A DNA stretch of 7,923 nucleotides from Octopus sinensis (Eukaryota), in NCBI RefSeq assembly GCF_006345805.1, contig NW_021828654.1, positions 1 to 7,923 of the forward strand. The letters run 5' to 3'. A program made the translations under genes and the position numbers. Below, in pieces: positions 7,355 to 7,923 of this stretch. Under the pieces are notes generated by a model that made no database searches, was not told where the DNA came from, and saw only the letters and a list, made by a program, of their open reading frames with translations. Numbering within the stretch: the first letter of the stretch is position 1; each line of letters opens with the position of its first letter.

Positions 7355-7923
7355 CGAAGGCGGCTTTGAAACGTTCATAGACTGACTGTGAAGAAGCTAT
7401 GCTAGAGCTGTGAAATTTTGTGTACATTAATATCAACCCTTCTGATTAATAACTGCATTGTTTCTTTCCAGGTAAACTGACATGCAACTGTTCAAAGAAG
7501 ATTTCAAAAATAACTAGTAGCCATTTCTCTTGAAAATAGTCAAAATTTGGCATCGAGGCGTCATCAAGTAATTGAAGAAGAACGGCTTAGCTCCCAAGGG
7601 TATTCATGCTGACATGGTTTCTGTATTAAGGGATAACGCTCTAGCTTTATCAACAGAGCAAAAGTAGACAGATGAATTTAAGAAGAGAAGTGAGTCTTGA
7701 AGGTAATTTAAGTTCTGGATGTTCTGAAATTGTCATCACCGAGGAATACATTGATCATGTTCACCACATTGTGATGGATGACAGGCGATTGACTATAAAT
7801 GAAAAACCCAATGTTGTTAGCATGTAACGTGAGAAAGTTGAGAATATTATGCACAATGAACTTGGCATGACGACGGTTTCTGCTCGGTTGGAGTCACGTA
7901 TTCTAACTCCTGATCAAAAGCGT
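7355..7923 (+). mobile_element. Decayed mariner (Tc1/mariner) DNA transposon, left part, continues beyond window
   Basis: Transposase remnant from 7536. Upstream CGAAGGCGGCTTTGAAACGTTC (from 7355) resembles a mariner TIR of the CGAGGG...TGAAAAGTT type; the left boundary is approximate. Confidence 0.75.
7536..7923 (+). pseudogene. Mariner transposase N-terminal (HTH) region, inactivated
   Basis: (ATA)VKIWHRGVIK*LKKNGLAPKGIHADMVSVLRDNALALSTEQK*TDEFKKRSE/SLEGNLSSGCSEIVITEEYIDHVHHIVMDDRRLTINEKPNVVSM*REKVENIMHNELGMTTVSARLESRILTPDQKR. Matches mariner SLEDxxRSGRP, DRRLT and LGMxKVSARWVPxxLT motifs. Stops at 7569, 7665 and 7825, one frameshift near 7693, start codon mutated. Confidence 0.88.

Overview
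Non-coding, repeat-saturated eukaryotic DNA. The tRNA-derived SINE families and the very dense TA/TG/GA/GATA microsatellites match my recollection of octopus (coleoid cephalopod) repeats; this is inference, not a database result. No intact protein-coding gene is supported: the supplied ORFs are microsatellite read-throughs or pieces of decayed elements. Contents: three SINE families (labelled A, B, C here; both C copies have clear target-site duplications and are inverted relative to each other), a decayed TTAA/CCCT piggyBac-type MITE split by a SINE, a 170-bp foldback element with a perfect 33-bp inverted core, two short repeats carrying a minimal Penelope-type hammerhead-ribozyme motif, a 5'-truncated L1/Tx1-type LINE on the minus strand embedded in a (GATA)n tract, and a decayed mariner running off the right edge. 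The most notable signals are the near-perfect 55-bp-arm foldback at the LINE 5' junction, the apparent (GATA)n targeting of that LINE, and the pair of hammerhead motifs 475 bp apart.
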